A stretch of 52,768 nucleotides of DNA from Calditrichia bacterium. GTDB lineage: Bacteria; Calditrichota; Calditrichia; JAJRVZ01. Shown piece after piece: positions 43,449-52,200 of this stretch; position 1 is the stretch's first letter; each line of letters opens with the position of its first letter. The notes below the pieces were generated by a model. That model was not told the origin of the DNA and searched no databases. It was given only the letters and a program-made list of their open reading frames with translations. The stretch lies in the NCBI GenBank assembly GCA_963777955.1, contig CAVZSQ010000006.1, positions 1 through 52,768 of the forward strand, written 5' to 3'. The translations under genes and the position numbers were made by a program.

Positions 43449-43586
43449 TTTTGTTCCTTTTTAAGTTATTAATATCTTTACATAATATGATTATTGTTTC
43501 AATCTATAATTGTGCTTAAAATCAAATTAAATCCTGATTTTTAGTCAATCCATAAGATGTTTTAAGTTAACGAAAAGCAGACGATT

Positions 43587-44201
43587 ATGATTCCGCGTAC
43601 CATCCTGGTAGCCACCAATAATCAAAATAAATTAGCAGAGATAGTCGCCATATTATCTGTTCCGGGCTTGACTTTCCGGTCACTGGCTGAATTCGAATCT
43701 GTTCCGGAAGTGGCTGAAACAGGGAGAACTTTCCGGGCCAACGCGACTGCTGCAAGGCCAGGTTATATTATGAGCAGACCTCATTAGCGGTAATCGCCGA
43801 TGATTCAGGTCTGGTGGTTCCTGCGCTGGGGGGTGAACCGGGGGTACATTCGGCCCGTTATGCCGGGGAGAAATCAAATTACAGTGAAAATAACCGGAAA
43901 TTATTGCAGCGCATGTCTGGTTTGAAAGGGGCTCAGCGCCGGGCACACTTTATCTGCCAGATAGTTTATCTGGACCGGCAGGTATGCCTGTCGGCACTGG
44001 GTTTGACTCAAGGTTTGATTATCGAAAAGCCGCGGGGCCGCGGTGGTTTTGGCTATGATCCCCCTGTTTTACGTACCGGAACTGGGAAAAACATATGCGC
44101 AATTACGGCCGGAACAGAAGAATACCATCAGTCATCGTTACCGGGCTTTGCGTAATTTGTCCTTAAAATTATCGCGCTACCGGGCAAATAAACTTGACTA
44201 A
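43587..44201 (+). CDS. rdgB: Non-canonical purine NTP pyrophosphatase, multiple frameshifts
   Basis: ATNN.NK, ETG.TF..NA, ADDSGL.V.AL.G.PGV.SARY, GFGYDP and SHR across frames. Confidence 0.88.
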
Positions 44202-44222
44202 GGAGTGTTTAAAATTTAAATT
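44194..44222 (+). promoter_or_regulatory. Putative sigma70 promoter of the tRNA cluster
   Basis: TTGACT-17 bp-TAAATT about 35 bp upstream of tRNA-Pro. Confidence 0.45.
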
Positions 44223-44256
44223 TAAAGGCTTTATTTTAATTGACCGTAGGTATGTT

Positions 44257-44331
44257 CGGGGCGTAGCGCAGCCTGGTTAGCGCACCTGCCTTGGGAGCAG
44301 GGGGTCGGAGGTTCAAATCCTCTCGCCCCGA
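44257..44331 (+). tRNA. tRNA-Pro(TGG)
   Basis: CGGGGCG/CGCCCCG acceptor, CCTGC-CTTGGGA-GCAGG anticodon arm, GGTTCAAATCC T arm. Confidence 0.96.
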
Positions 44332-44338
44332 CATCGCT

Positions 44339-44412
44339 GCGCCCTTAGCTCAGTTGGATAGAGCATCTGCCTTCTAAGCAGAGGGTCGGAGGTTCGAATC
44401 CTCCAGGGCGTA
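44339..44412 (+). tRNA. tRNA-Arg(TCT)
   Basis: GCGCCCT/AGGGCGT acceptor, TCTGC-CTTCTAA-GCAGA, GGTTCGAATCC. Confidence 0.96.
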
Positions 44413-44426
44413 CGAAAGAGATAGAT

Positions 44427-44502
44427 GGTGAGTATGACTCAGTTTGGTTAGAGCGTCTGGTTGTGGCCCAGAAGGTCGTGGGTTCAAGTCCCACTACTCA
44501 CC
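44427..44502 (+). tRNA. tRNA-His(GTG)
   Basis: G-1 plus GTGAGTA/TACTCAC acceptor, TCTGG-TTGTGGC-CCAGA, GGTTCAAGTCC. Confidence 0.94.
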
Positions 44503-44539
44503 CTTGTTCGTATTGCGGGAGGTGAGTGATTAGAGTTAG

Positions 44540-45000
44540 AAGGCACTTAGGCACTGAGGCACTAAGGCACTTAGATTCCCCCTTAATAAAGGTCGGAGAT
44601 CTACCGTCAGGTAGAAGGTAGGGGGTTGTCTTAAAGGGGAAAGTATAAAATGTCATTCCCGCAATGCGTATGGCACGCATGAGTATAATAAAGGCGGGAA
44701 TCTGAAAAAGAGAGACAAAGGAACAAAGAGACAGAGAGACAAAGATAGTACCTATGTACCTTAGGAATGAACAACAATATGTCATCCCGGACTTAATCCG
44801 GGTGTATATGAGAAGGGTAAAGGGAAAAGTTGTCAGAAAAAGACGCGCTTCCCAGCGCCGATTTGAAGCAAAAGGGACCAACGGATCGGCGCCGAGCGGA
44901 GTACGAGGCGACGATTTGAAAGGAAAAAGGGTACATGAACGTCGTTCCCACTTAACGGATGCCTTGCGTGATTTTAGTACAAGCGGGAATCTATGTGTAT
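44540..45000. repeat. Second mosaic of palindromic and octamer repeats, inverted relative to 4840-5196
   Basis: (AGGCACTW)x4 at 44541-44574, TGTCATTCCCG...CGGGAATCT at 44651-44703, AGAGACAA repeats, TGTCATCCCGGACTTAATCCGGG at 44780-44802. Confidence 0.8.
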
Positions 45001-45060
45001 AAGGCATAGAGGACATAGATTCTTTAATCTTGTTTCTTTATCTTTAATCTTATTACGGAG

Positions 45061-45129
45061 GCTCCCATCGTCTAGGGGCCTAGGACACCCCGACTTCATC
45101 GGGGCGACTGGGGTTCGAAAGATGGAGCG
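45061..45129 (+). pseudogene. tRNA-Glu-like pseudo-copy with replaced anticodon arm and broken T arm
   Basis: First 27 nt match the real tRNA-Glu at 26/27; anticodon arm is CCCCG-ACTTCAT-CGGGG; 3' strand of the T stem is missing. Confidence 0.75.
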
Positions 45130-45137
45130 ATAAACAT

Positions 45138-45210
45138 GCTCCCATCGTCTAAGGGCCTAGGACATCGGCCTTTCACGTCGACGACAGGGGTTCGAATCCC
45201 CTTGGGAGCG
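45138..45210 (+). tRNA. tRNA-Glu(TTC), island integration target
   Basis: GCTCCCA/TGGGAGC acceptor, TCGGC-CTTTCAC-GTCGA, AGGGG-TTCGAAT-CCCCT. Confidence 0.96.
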
Positions 45211-45301
45211 CATTGCTATACCTAGTATAGCATGAATAAAAATAGGGACTTAACAGTCCCTATTTTTTTATTAAGTAACAAAATAGTAACAAAATTTTAC
45301 T
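45198..45301 (+). repeat. 104-bp att-like direct repeat, copy 1 (tRNA-Glu 3' end plus element arm)
   Basis: 99/104 identical to 51416-51519 by manual alignment. Confidence 0.95.
45235..45272. terminator. Bidirectional intrinsic terminator after tRNA-Glu
   Basis: AATAAAAATAGGGACT-TAAC-AGTCCCTATTTTTTTATT. Confidence 0.85.
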
Positions 45302-45591
45302 ATTTTTTTTAGGTTAAATATGTAAACTTTACTTCTAGCAGTATTAACTTTTATTTAAGATATATTTACTTAAGAATCAATAATTGATTTAACAAATGAA
45401 TTAGTATCTAAAACAACCTATCCCTAACCTCATTTGCATTCTTGATCTCTTTATAATCTATTTTGAGAAATTTCATTATGTAAAAAAATACTATTATAAT
45501 AACCTGAATTCAAATTCCTCGCAGCGAGAGAGGTATATAATGTATGCGTTTAGCAGTTAACTGCGAAACATTTAAGAGAGACTAATACAAA

Positions 45592-45899
45592 TCAATCGAC
45601 CTTGTCAGTACCTATTGTTAAATCAATAGCCTCTTTAATTTTTTCATATATTGTTTGATTTAATTTATCAAAAAACATTAAAGATATAGTAAATGCTCTG
45701 TCAACTCATTATCTTCAAATAAGGTAATCCTTTCGTTTGCAGATTGTACAACTCTCATTGTTTTGTTCAGAACCGCAGTAAATACAAAACCACTGATCAG
45801 ACAGAGTATCAATACGCATTTCCCTTATAATTGCACAGATTTCGCGTTGCAGCAAATATTTACATCATCAAAGTTTCCTTTAACCAACTTCGTTCTCAT
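45592..45899 (-). pseudogene. Frameshifted small zinc-ribbon protein
   Basis: ATG after GGATAGGG; manual translation includes QWFCIYCGSEQNNESCTICKR and NQTIYEKIKEAIDLTIGTDKVD*. Confidence 0.45.
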
Positions 45900-46223
45900 A
45901 CCCTATCCTTTGTAGCCTACTGATAAAGTATCACTGGCACAAAATAGATCGTCTATTTGAATGCGGATGAGAAATAGATTAAGATTATACCTTAAATCTT
46001 CCCTATCATAGTACTGCCGGTTCATTTAGAGAACAAATCAAATTTGATTAATGAATCTGTAAAAATATAATATTGACTTCTATAGTACATATTAGTATAT
46101 ATTATTTAGTAAACCAATCAAGTTTTAAAACATACTTCAATATCGTTTCTAGCATTCGCCAAAAAAAAATGACATGAAAGCCTTGGTTGAATGATTTTTG
46201 CACTGGTTTCTTCATCTTCCAAA

Positions 46224-47607
46224 TCAGTTCGAACGTGACTTCTTGTTGAGCCTCCAGAGGAAATACAAGTCTTGATCTCTTATGGTTTCCTCGACATTGC
46301 TTTTGTTCAATAAGTTTTACCGTGATTTCAGCAGAGACTTTTAGTGAGGCCCAGTGCTGCAGCTGCTGATACCAATCCTTGTCATGAATTTGAGTGAAGA
46401 CCGGTAGAGATTATCGCTGTCCATGCTAGTATTTTGCGAGTAGTCCCCTTGATAAGCAGGTACGGGATTTTCGTATCTTCGCCTCGAGTTTGCTAGGCTG
46501 GGCTTTATCACATCGGTATAAACAGTCTTTGCATCTTTTCAGTGAAAGTGCCGTATTTACTTCTGTATTCCTCCACGGCATTACTAAGAGCCTTCTTAAA
46601 CATCACAAAACGCATCTTGTTCCTGGTTTCGAAGTACGGAGTTTTTGAAAGCGACAATTCCTTCGCAAATGGTACAAGGCAATTCAAGTGTTTTTCAATC
46701 ATGAGATCCCGTTCGGCACCTGAGAGATTTTGAGATAGATCTCGAGAAACTGAATATGGAGTGGCCAATCAGTAAGAAAACCTGTTCCTAAACACTGGTA
46801 CGGGCTAATTAGAATATAATACTTCTATAATGATCGTTTGCGATCATCTCAGCAATTCCGCTGCGATGCAATTCAGACCGCGAAAGAGGCACGTTTTCTC
46901 CTCGTTTTACTCTTGAAAGTATTTGTGGCATTCGCTTTAAAATTGGAGGAGGTGTATCACTAAACCGACAATAGAAACCATGATCTAAGAGTTCTTCAGG
47001 CCCATTGACTATAATTGTATACAAACCTTTTCCCTTGCGGGCTATTGCAACATGAATACTGTCCTCGAACTTTGTTGTTAGTACTCTCATTGCCTTCTTT
47101 AGAGGTTTATAGTCCTTTAAGCCAAGAGAGTTCTTTGCCAGGCAGTGAAGGCAGTAGTTCGGAGGTGTTATTGGTACAATAAGCCCAGTTCAATAACTGG
47201 TTTAAGGTATGACAACAATATCAAATCTTCGGTGAATCGACGTCTAAGGGAGTCTACATCAGAATAATGTCTTGATTCATAGTGTTGTATGTAATCTGCT
47301 AGGAAATTACGGATATAGACACGATCACCATATAATACGGCATACTGGGAGCCATTTTTCAGCATCTGGTCTAGAGTCGACATTCAATACTTGAACACGG
47401 CCATCGTCCACAACCCAATGAGAGTGATGCAGACTGAGAGAATATTGTGTGTTCACGAGGGATATTTTGAGCGCTCGTGATTTCGCATGACTGCTGAGTT
47501 AAATCGAGTATGTTAGACAGTGAGGCCCGCCTAATCTTGTTATACATCGGCTTTCCTCTCCACAAATAACCCGCGTTGTGTCACTGTTCAATTAAAATAT
47601 TTTCCAT
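46224..47607 (-). pseudogene. Single ~450-aa hypothetical gene broken into 4+ ORFs (Cys motifs, C-terminal hydrophobic helices)
   Basis: ORFs 47371-47565, 47168-47383, 46809-47090 and 46508-46768 join through adjacent frames (PCSSIECRL; YCLHCL; GFLTDWP; ...IRDQDLYFLWRLNKK*); in-frame TGA at codon 9. Confidence 0.6.
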
Positions 47608-47705
47608 GGTCAGTTACCTATATATAATATCTCAATTTAAAATCTAATTTATTATTACCAAACAAAAGTATCAACTATAAGCTATATTATTATAGACATG
47701 GTTTT

Positions 47706-48039
47706 CTATTTTTCATATTTCTTTCCACCAGTCGACCACAGGTAAAGTGTTTCTGAATATCCGAACCTGAAAATCTCTCTTTCCTTAATTGGTTCTGCAA
47801 TCTTTGCAAGCATTAAACCTCTACCAAGAAGAGATACCCCCGCACCAGATTTATCGAGCAATCCATCGGCGGAAGCTACGAATGGGATATTTAATCCACT
47901 TCTCCAATAGACAATAGGCTCCCTCTGGAACTGCTCCTATCGGTTGAATCACAAAAATACCACAAAACAGTCTAAAGAAGAGTGCCAAACTACCAACGAT
48001 ACAAACTAGAATGATGATGAGTCGCTTTTTCTTTTTCAT
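47706..48039 (-). CDS. Small membrane-anchored hypothetical protein, frameshift near 47915
   Basis: FVIQPIGAVPEG continues in the next frame as IVYWRSGLNIPFVASADG...GVSLLGRG...YSETLYLWSTGGKKYEK*. Confidence 0.65.
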
Positions 48040-48338
48040 ACTTTCACCTTCTTATAGTAAGCGTTACCCATAACCGACTTGCAATGGAGCACATCAAGAT
48101 CGTTAGTCAATATTATCTAACTAGTGCTAAGGGTATATAATATCTCAATCTCCCATCAATTTTTTATCAGCATTATATGCTAATATTATAATCCAACTTT
48201 GAACTTATAATGTACTTTTTGAGTATTTAATTCTTTTATAAAAAATTGAGATTACCTTGCTTTTAATTAAGTCTTCTTTATATTTTTATAACTCATGAAT
48301 GGATCGTACGTATAGATATTTATAATTAGCCATTATTA

Positions 48339-49252
48339 TTACGGCTGTGCTGCTGGACCTTGAATTAGCATTGTCTGTGTTACTTGGATGAAAGCAATTC
48401 CATCTTGATTCTCAATAATTTTATACGCGCCAGTGGCAGATAAGGTATGTATATATGAATGATGTACTGATAGAACAGCCTCTTGAAGAGAATGATTATC
48501 TTCTAACAAACTTATTTACGTCCAATTCCTTTACATTACTTTGCAGATAAATGGCGTGCATGTGAAAGAGTTAAAGAATGATCAACAAGCTCTTTTAAAA
48601 TAATATCAACTCGTGATGATGCATCATTTTTGCTTTTTAACATTCCTCGCAATAACCATTCTTTTGTCATATCAATTGACCATTTAATTGATTTCTCACA
48701 TTCGCCAATCAGAGTTGGAGCATATTTCGCTATTATAGGTTGCCAAACGGGAATACGTGCGGGATCTGATTTAATTTCATCATAGGCCCGTTTAAATTCT
48801 TCAATTATGCCATCAGCAGGTATACCGCCAACTGCAGTCGATGGGCCCTAATTAGAATGTTTACCCATTAATATCTCACGACATGAGCATGCTATCATTG
48901 TACCTGCTGAAAGTGCTAATTGTGGAACAATAGCTCTTAATGTTTGTTCCAAACATCAAAAAAAGGTAATCTACTAATGATTCAGTTGTACTATTTCCAC
49001 CACCAGGGGTATGAAGAATAAGATCAAGTCCTTTTTTACGATCCATCTGATGAATTGCAGTCATGAAACCATTTTTATCCGCATCATTAAGATGTAATCC
49101 AGGGATATTAGGTTTTTGAAGCCAACCAGAATAATATGCAATTGTGTTACGGCCAGTCAGTGATGAAAGAGATTTTAAATAATTGCGTCTTATTATATCA
49201 TATGTACTTCCACTTTTTTTAATTTCATCAAGAATTGTATGCCAACTGACAT
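48339..49252 (-). pseudogene. SDH-family ClpP-fold (S49-like) serine protease, multiply frameshifted
   Basis: [83 protein letters not shown]. Confidence 0.8.
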
Positions 49253-49310
49253 TGATTCCTCCTTTTCAATTGGAGACGTTGATGAATCTAAACGGTTAAC
49301 AAACTGTTTT

Positions 49311-49430
49311 TTAAGAAAATTGAGTTTCATTTTTAAATTGCGAAAAGTGAAGAAATTGATCTGTAAATTGGCTAGATAGTCCAATCTTTTCAAAGAAATC
49401 TTGAATCCGCTTCTCGTTGAAGCAAACCAT
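49311..49430 (-). CDS. Small ORF upstream of the protease
   Basis: AAGGAG RBS plus ATG, 39 aa (MVCFNEKRIQDFFEKIGL...); may be a frameshifted longer ORF. Confidence 0.3.
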   Translation of the reverse strand: MVCFNEKRIQDFFEKIGLSSQFTDQFLHFSQFKNETQFS

Positions 49431-49519
49431 TTACTTATCTCCTTGATAATAACTATTCACAAAATATTTTGAATACCTAATTTTGATTCATAACATATAC
49501 CAAATCTTAAAATTCCCGT

Positions 49520-49954
49520 TTATTTACACACTCCCTTAAGCCAGTCTCTAATCGATTCACTCTTAATTGCTTTCGGATAATAAGGATTAACTGTTAGATA
49601 ACCATAGAAGTTACCTTGCTCATCTACAACGACGGGTGGATCACTTGCATATTGATTACACACTATAAGAGGAATAAGCGGATCCATACTCTCCGTAGGG
49701 ATTATATACACTAGTAGAGGAATATGGACTACCATATGATCCGTACTGATTTAAAACAGAATCATTTGCATATTCAGAACCAGCCTAGACAACCTAAATA
49801 CACTTTGTGATTCGGTCCGCCAAAGATCATATCAGTTTTGCATTGTTGTATTTGCAGCATAGCCCTGAGAAAATCCCTGCCAGAATGCCTGGGAACATCC
49901 AACTATAGTATGGACTGATAATGTAACTATCACACAGATCAAAATTCTTTTCAT
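49520..49954 (-). CDS. Lipoprotein with repeated N.YG.YGS.YS motif, frameshifted
   Basis: MKRILICVIVTLLSVHTIVGC lipobox; YLGCL, DSVLNQYGSYGSPYSSTSVYNPYGEYGSAYSSYSVCNQYASDPPVVVD.QGNFYGYLT.N across frames. Confidence 0.65.
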
Positions 49955-50397
49955 ACTCATTTAATCAAACCAAACATATGGTTAAGTAGAACAAAACTAA
50001 ATATCAATGAAATATGTATTCATAAATGAATTACAGTATTCACATATTTACCTATTTCTTCTACAATCTCTAAGATAGTATATAGTCTGGAAGCAGTTCT
50101 AGCTAGAAGTAGGACATCGTATCTACAAGTATAATATAACCAATATTTTTACTTAGTAAAATAATAAAAATATGAGCAAAATAAATAAAGTAATTCTGAT
50201 GAATCTGATGTTATATCAATCTACTTTATACCAAAAAGAAATAAAGAAAATTGTAATGCCTTATGCTTCTTGTTTTATTGGACTTAATATATTTCACCTT
50301 ACCCATGTGTTTTTCTCGACAGACAGTCAAAATTAATCATCAAACTTCAGTATAAATCATCATATTTGGTGTTTAAATCAAGCCTAAGCACCTATTT

Positions 50398-50700
50398 TTA
50401 TGTTTGTATACATTCCACTACACTTTCGATCTTTTCATTCAATTCCTGTATAAAAATTGAAGATTCCCCAAATCTATTTTGTAGACTCTTGATCATTCTT
50501 CTCATTCTATAATAGTTATGACTTTTTATCTGTCCATTTTCATATATTCTTTTTATCAAATTAAGCGCTTCAGTTAGCCTAATTTTATCCACTCCAAGGG
50601 CAGCAAGTGCATCTTTTAAATCTCTTGGATTAGTGATATGACCTGTTGTAAAATCGATAATTATCCTTTTTTTGATTATTCTTTTATAATAATTGTGCTA
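50398..50700 (-). pseudogene. 3' fragment of an unknown gene
   Basis: Open frame RIIIDFTTGHITNPRDLKDALAALGVDKIRL... without a good start; 5' boundary approximate. Confidence 0.35.
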
Positions 50701-50824
50701 AAGGTTTACAATTCGTATATAAATCTCTGGATCATAAGGTATTAAACCAGAGAAATCCTAATTTCAAATTGTCCAATTTTCAAGGGGAAGGTCAATAGAT
50801 TACATGAAGAATGATGGTCAGATT

Positions 50825-51277
50825 TTAATAAGCACCATCCAAGTTAATTTGTTGCCCAAATCTATTTATTTTATTCCATTCTCCAAACAAATGTATCAGC
50901 GCAGATCTCTGGTTTTCATTCAGAGGAAATAATTTCATATTTTGATATTTGAAATCGAATGCGAAAATGAATTCTCTGTTCCAATCAAAATAATGAGAAC
51001 TAATCAGGTAAAGAGTATCATTATTTATAATGAACGAACCATCATCGCTATAGTCAATATTTTCAGTGGATATTAAATATGTTGAATTCTTATTTAATAT
51101 CAAGTCAGACCTTGGACCCCTCAATGGCATTCCACATCTGTCTATACCATCATAGTAATGCCTCCAATGTCCAATAAAGATAATTTCCTCATCAAGATCT
51201 TCAGATTTTCGAAAAGGCTGGTTACAAAATATTTCTAATGCTGCGATCACAATTAAAAAAACTAATCTAACATTCAT
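50825..51277 (-). CDS. Hypothetical lipoprotein (lipocalin-like beta fold)
   Basis: Signal plus Cys; FIGHW, L.LNK.STY, G.F....DTL.L pattern. Confidence 0.55.
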   Translation of the reverse strand: MNVRLVFLIVIAALEIFCNQPFRKSEDLDEEIIFIGHWRHYYDGIDRCGMPLRGPRSDLILNKNSTYLISTENIDYSDDGSFIINNDTLYLISSHYFDWNREFIFAFDFKYQNMKLFPLNENQRSALIHLFGEWNKINRFGQQINLDGAY

Positions 51278-51415
51278 AGAATCTTAAAGTATTTTAATTA
51301 ATATCATATAACCATATAAAATTAAAAATTCTTACGTATTCCAATAACTATGGTTCCTGCCGCAAAATAAAATCTATAAAGATTGAGTCACCACTTACAA
51401 TGATAGACGTAGCGC

Positions 51416-51519
51416 CCCCTTGGGAGCGCAATGCTATACCTAGTATAGCATGAATAAAAATAGGGACTTAATAGTCCCTATTTTTTTATAAAGTAACAAA
51501 ATAGTAATAAAATTCTACT
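51416..51519 (+). repeat. 104-bp att-like direct repeat, copy 2
   Basis: tRNA-Glu 3' 15-mer, TGCTATAC-CTA-GTATAGCA hairpin, terminator and GTAACAAAA/GTAATAAAA pair. Confidence 0.95.
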
Positions 51520-51558
51520 GTTTTTGAAATCGACTATATAAATGCCAATTTTAAGAAC

Positions 51559-52071
51559 TTATAGATTATCAGGATAATTCGATGATGTATTAAATCCAGT
51601 TAAATTTTCAGTTTTTAAAATTTCTTCTACTGCAATTTCGAAATCTGATAATTCTTGTGGAACACTTAAATCTCCTAAATAGTGCTCAATTTTTTTGTAT
51701 CTCTCACAAAACCTTAAAGAAGTAATTACACTCGGCATATCAGTCATTGAAATATTTTTATATGATGTGTCAAATGAAAAATAATCACATGATTTAAAAA
51801 GGTTATTTAATTCTTGTATGGTATTTTCGGTTATTTGAAGTGTAATAGTTGTATCCAATGTTACATATTTAATACCTTCATATTTCATAATGCCTTTATT
51901 AGAGATTTCAAAGGAATATATAGGGCATGCTCCATAACACCCTGATCGACTTAATTTAAATTCCCAAGGTGTTGCTTTAGAATCGGTGGAATTATTATTA
52001 CAACTGATATATAAAAGATTATAAAATAAAAATAGAATAATTAATAACGAATAGTTTTTTAGTTGATACAT
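51559..52071 (-). CDS. DUF6438-like lipoprotein
   Basis: Lipobox; L.RSGCYGACP.Y...I...G...Y.G, F..FD..Y....TDMPS motif. Confidence 0.75.
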   Translation of the reverse strand: MYQLKNYSLLIILFLFYNLLYISCNNNSTDSKATPWEFKLSRSGCYGACPIYSFEISNKGIMKYEGIKYVTLDTTITLQITENTIQELNNLFKSCDYFSFDTSYKNISMTDMPSVITSLRFCERYKKIEHYLGDLSVPQELSDFEIAVEEILKTENLTGFNTSSNYPDNL

Positions 52072-52100
52072 TATCTTTCCTATGGTTGCTTACTTTATTG

Positions 52101-52195
52101 CGCTAACATTACGTTTAAGTTGCAGCGAACCGTTTACCATAAAAGCAGCAAGTCATGATAGCTGGTTCTATGTCCGCTTGAGCGCATGGTTAAGC
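52101..52195 (-). other. Integron attC-like recombination site
   Basis: Minus strand GCTTAAC-CATG-CGCTCAAG...CTTAAACG-TAAT-GTTAGCG; long imperfect hairpin; 5 bp after a stop codon and 30 bp before the next ATG. Confidence 0.7.
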
Positions 52196-52200
52196 AAATT

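Larger units (their letters stand above)
45198..51430. mobile_element. ~6.2-kb AT-rich genomic island integrated at tRNA-Glu, no integrase visible
   Basis: Bounded by the duplicated tRNA 3' end CCCCTTGGGAGCGCA; abrupt shift to AT-rich sequence; decayed minus-strand cargo. Confidence 0.85.

Noticed and set aside
43476..43502. dif-like site (minus strand TGAAACAATAA-TCATA-TTATGTAAAGA)
   Set aside because: The spacer is 5 bp rather than 6 and the XerC arm is poor; it lies in AT-rich promoter DNA where chance matches are likely.
44498..45016. ORFs 44498-45016(-) and 44754-45002(+), likewise 4814-5083(-) and 4822-5028(+)
   Set aside because: They are translations of palindromic and tandem repeat mosaics, with low-complexity products and no family motifs.
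45088..45104. Selenocysteine or opal-suppressor tRNA (CTTCA in the loop)
   Set aside because: Placing TCA as the anticodon breaks the stem; there is no long variable arm or extended acceptor stem, and the T arm is broken.
45497..45554. Degenerate attC between the zinc-ribbon relic and a 22-codon fragment (45408-45476)
   Set aside because: Only a 4-bp CCTC/GAGG pairing and non-canonical R boxes; too weak to call.
46073..46101. Plus-strand promoter inside the island (TTGACT...TATATA)
   Set aside because: The -10 is imperfect at 17-bp spacing, no plus-strand gene follows, and the AT-rich context makes chance matches likely.
47406..47518. attC-like GTCTAAC...GTTGTGG on the minus strand
   Set aside because: Lies inside the reconstructed 46224-47607 coding sequence, and the arms pair poorly.
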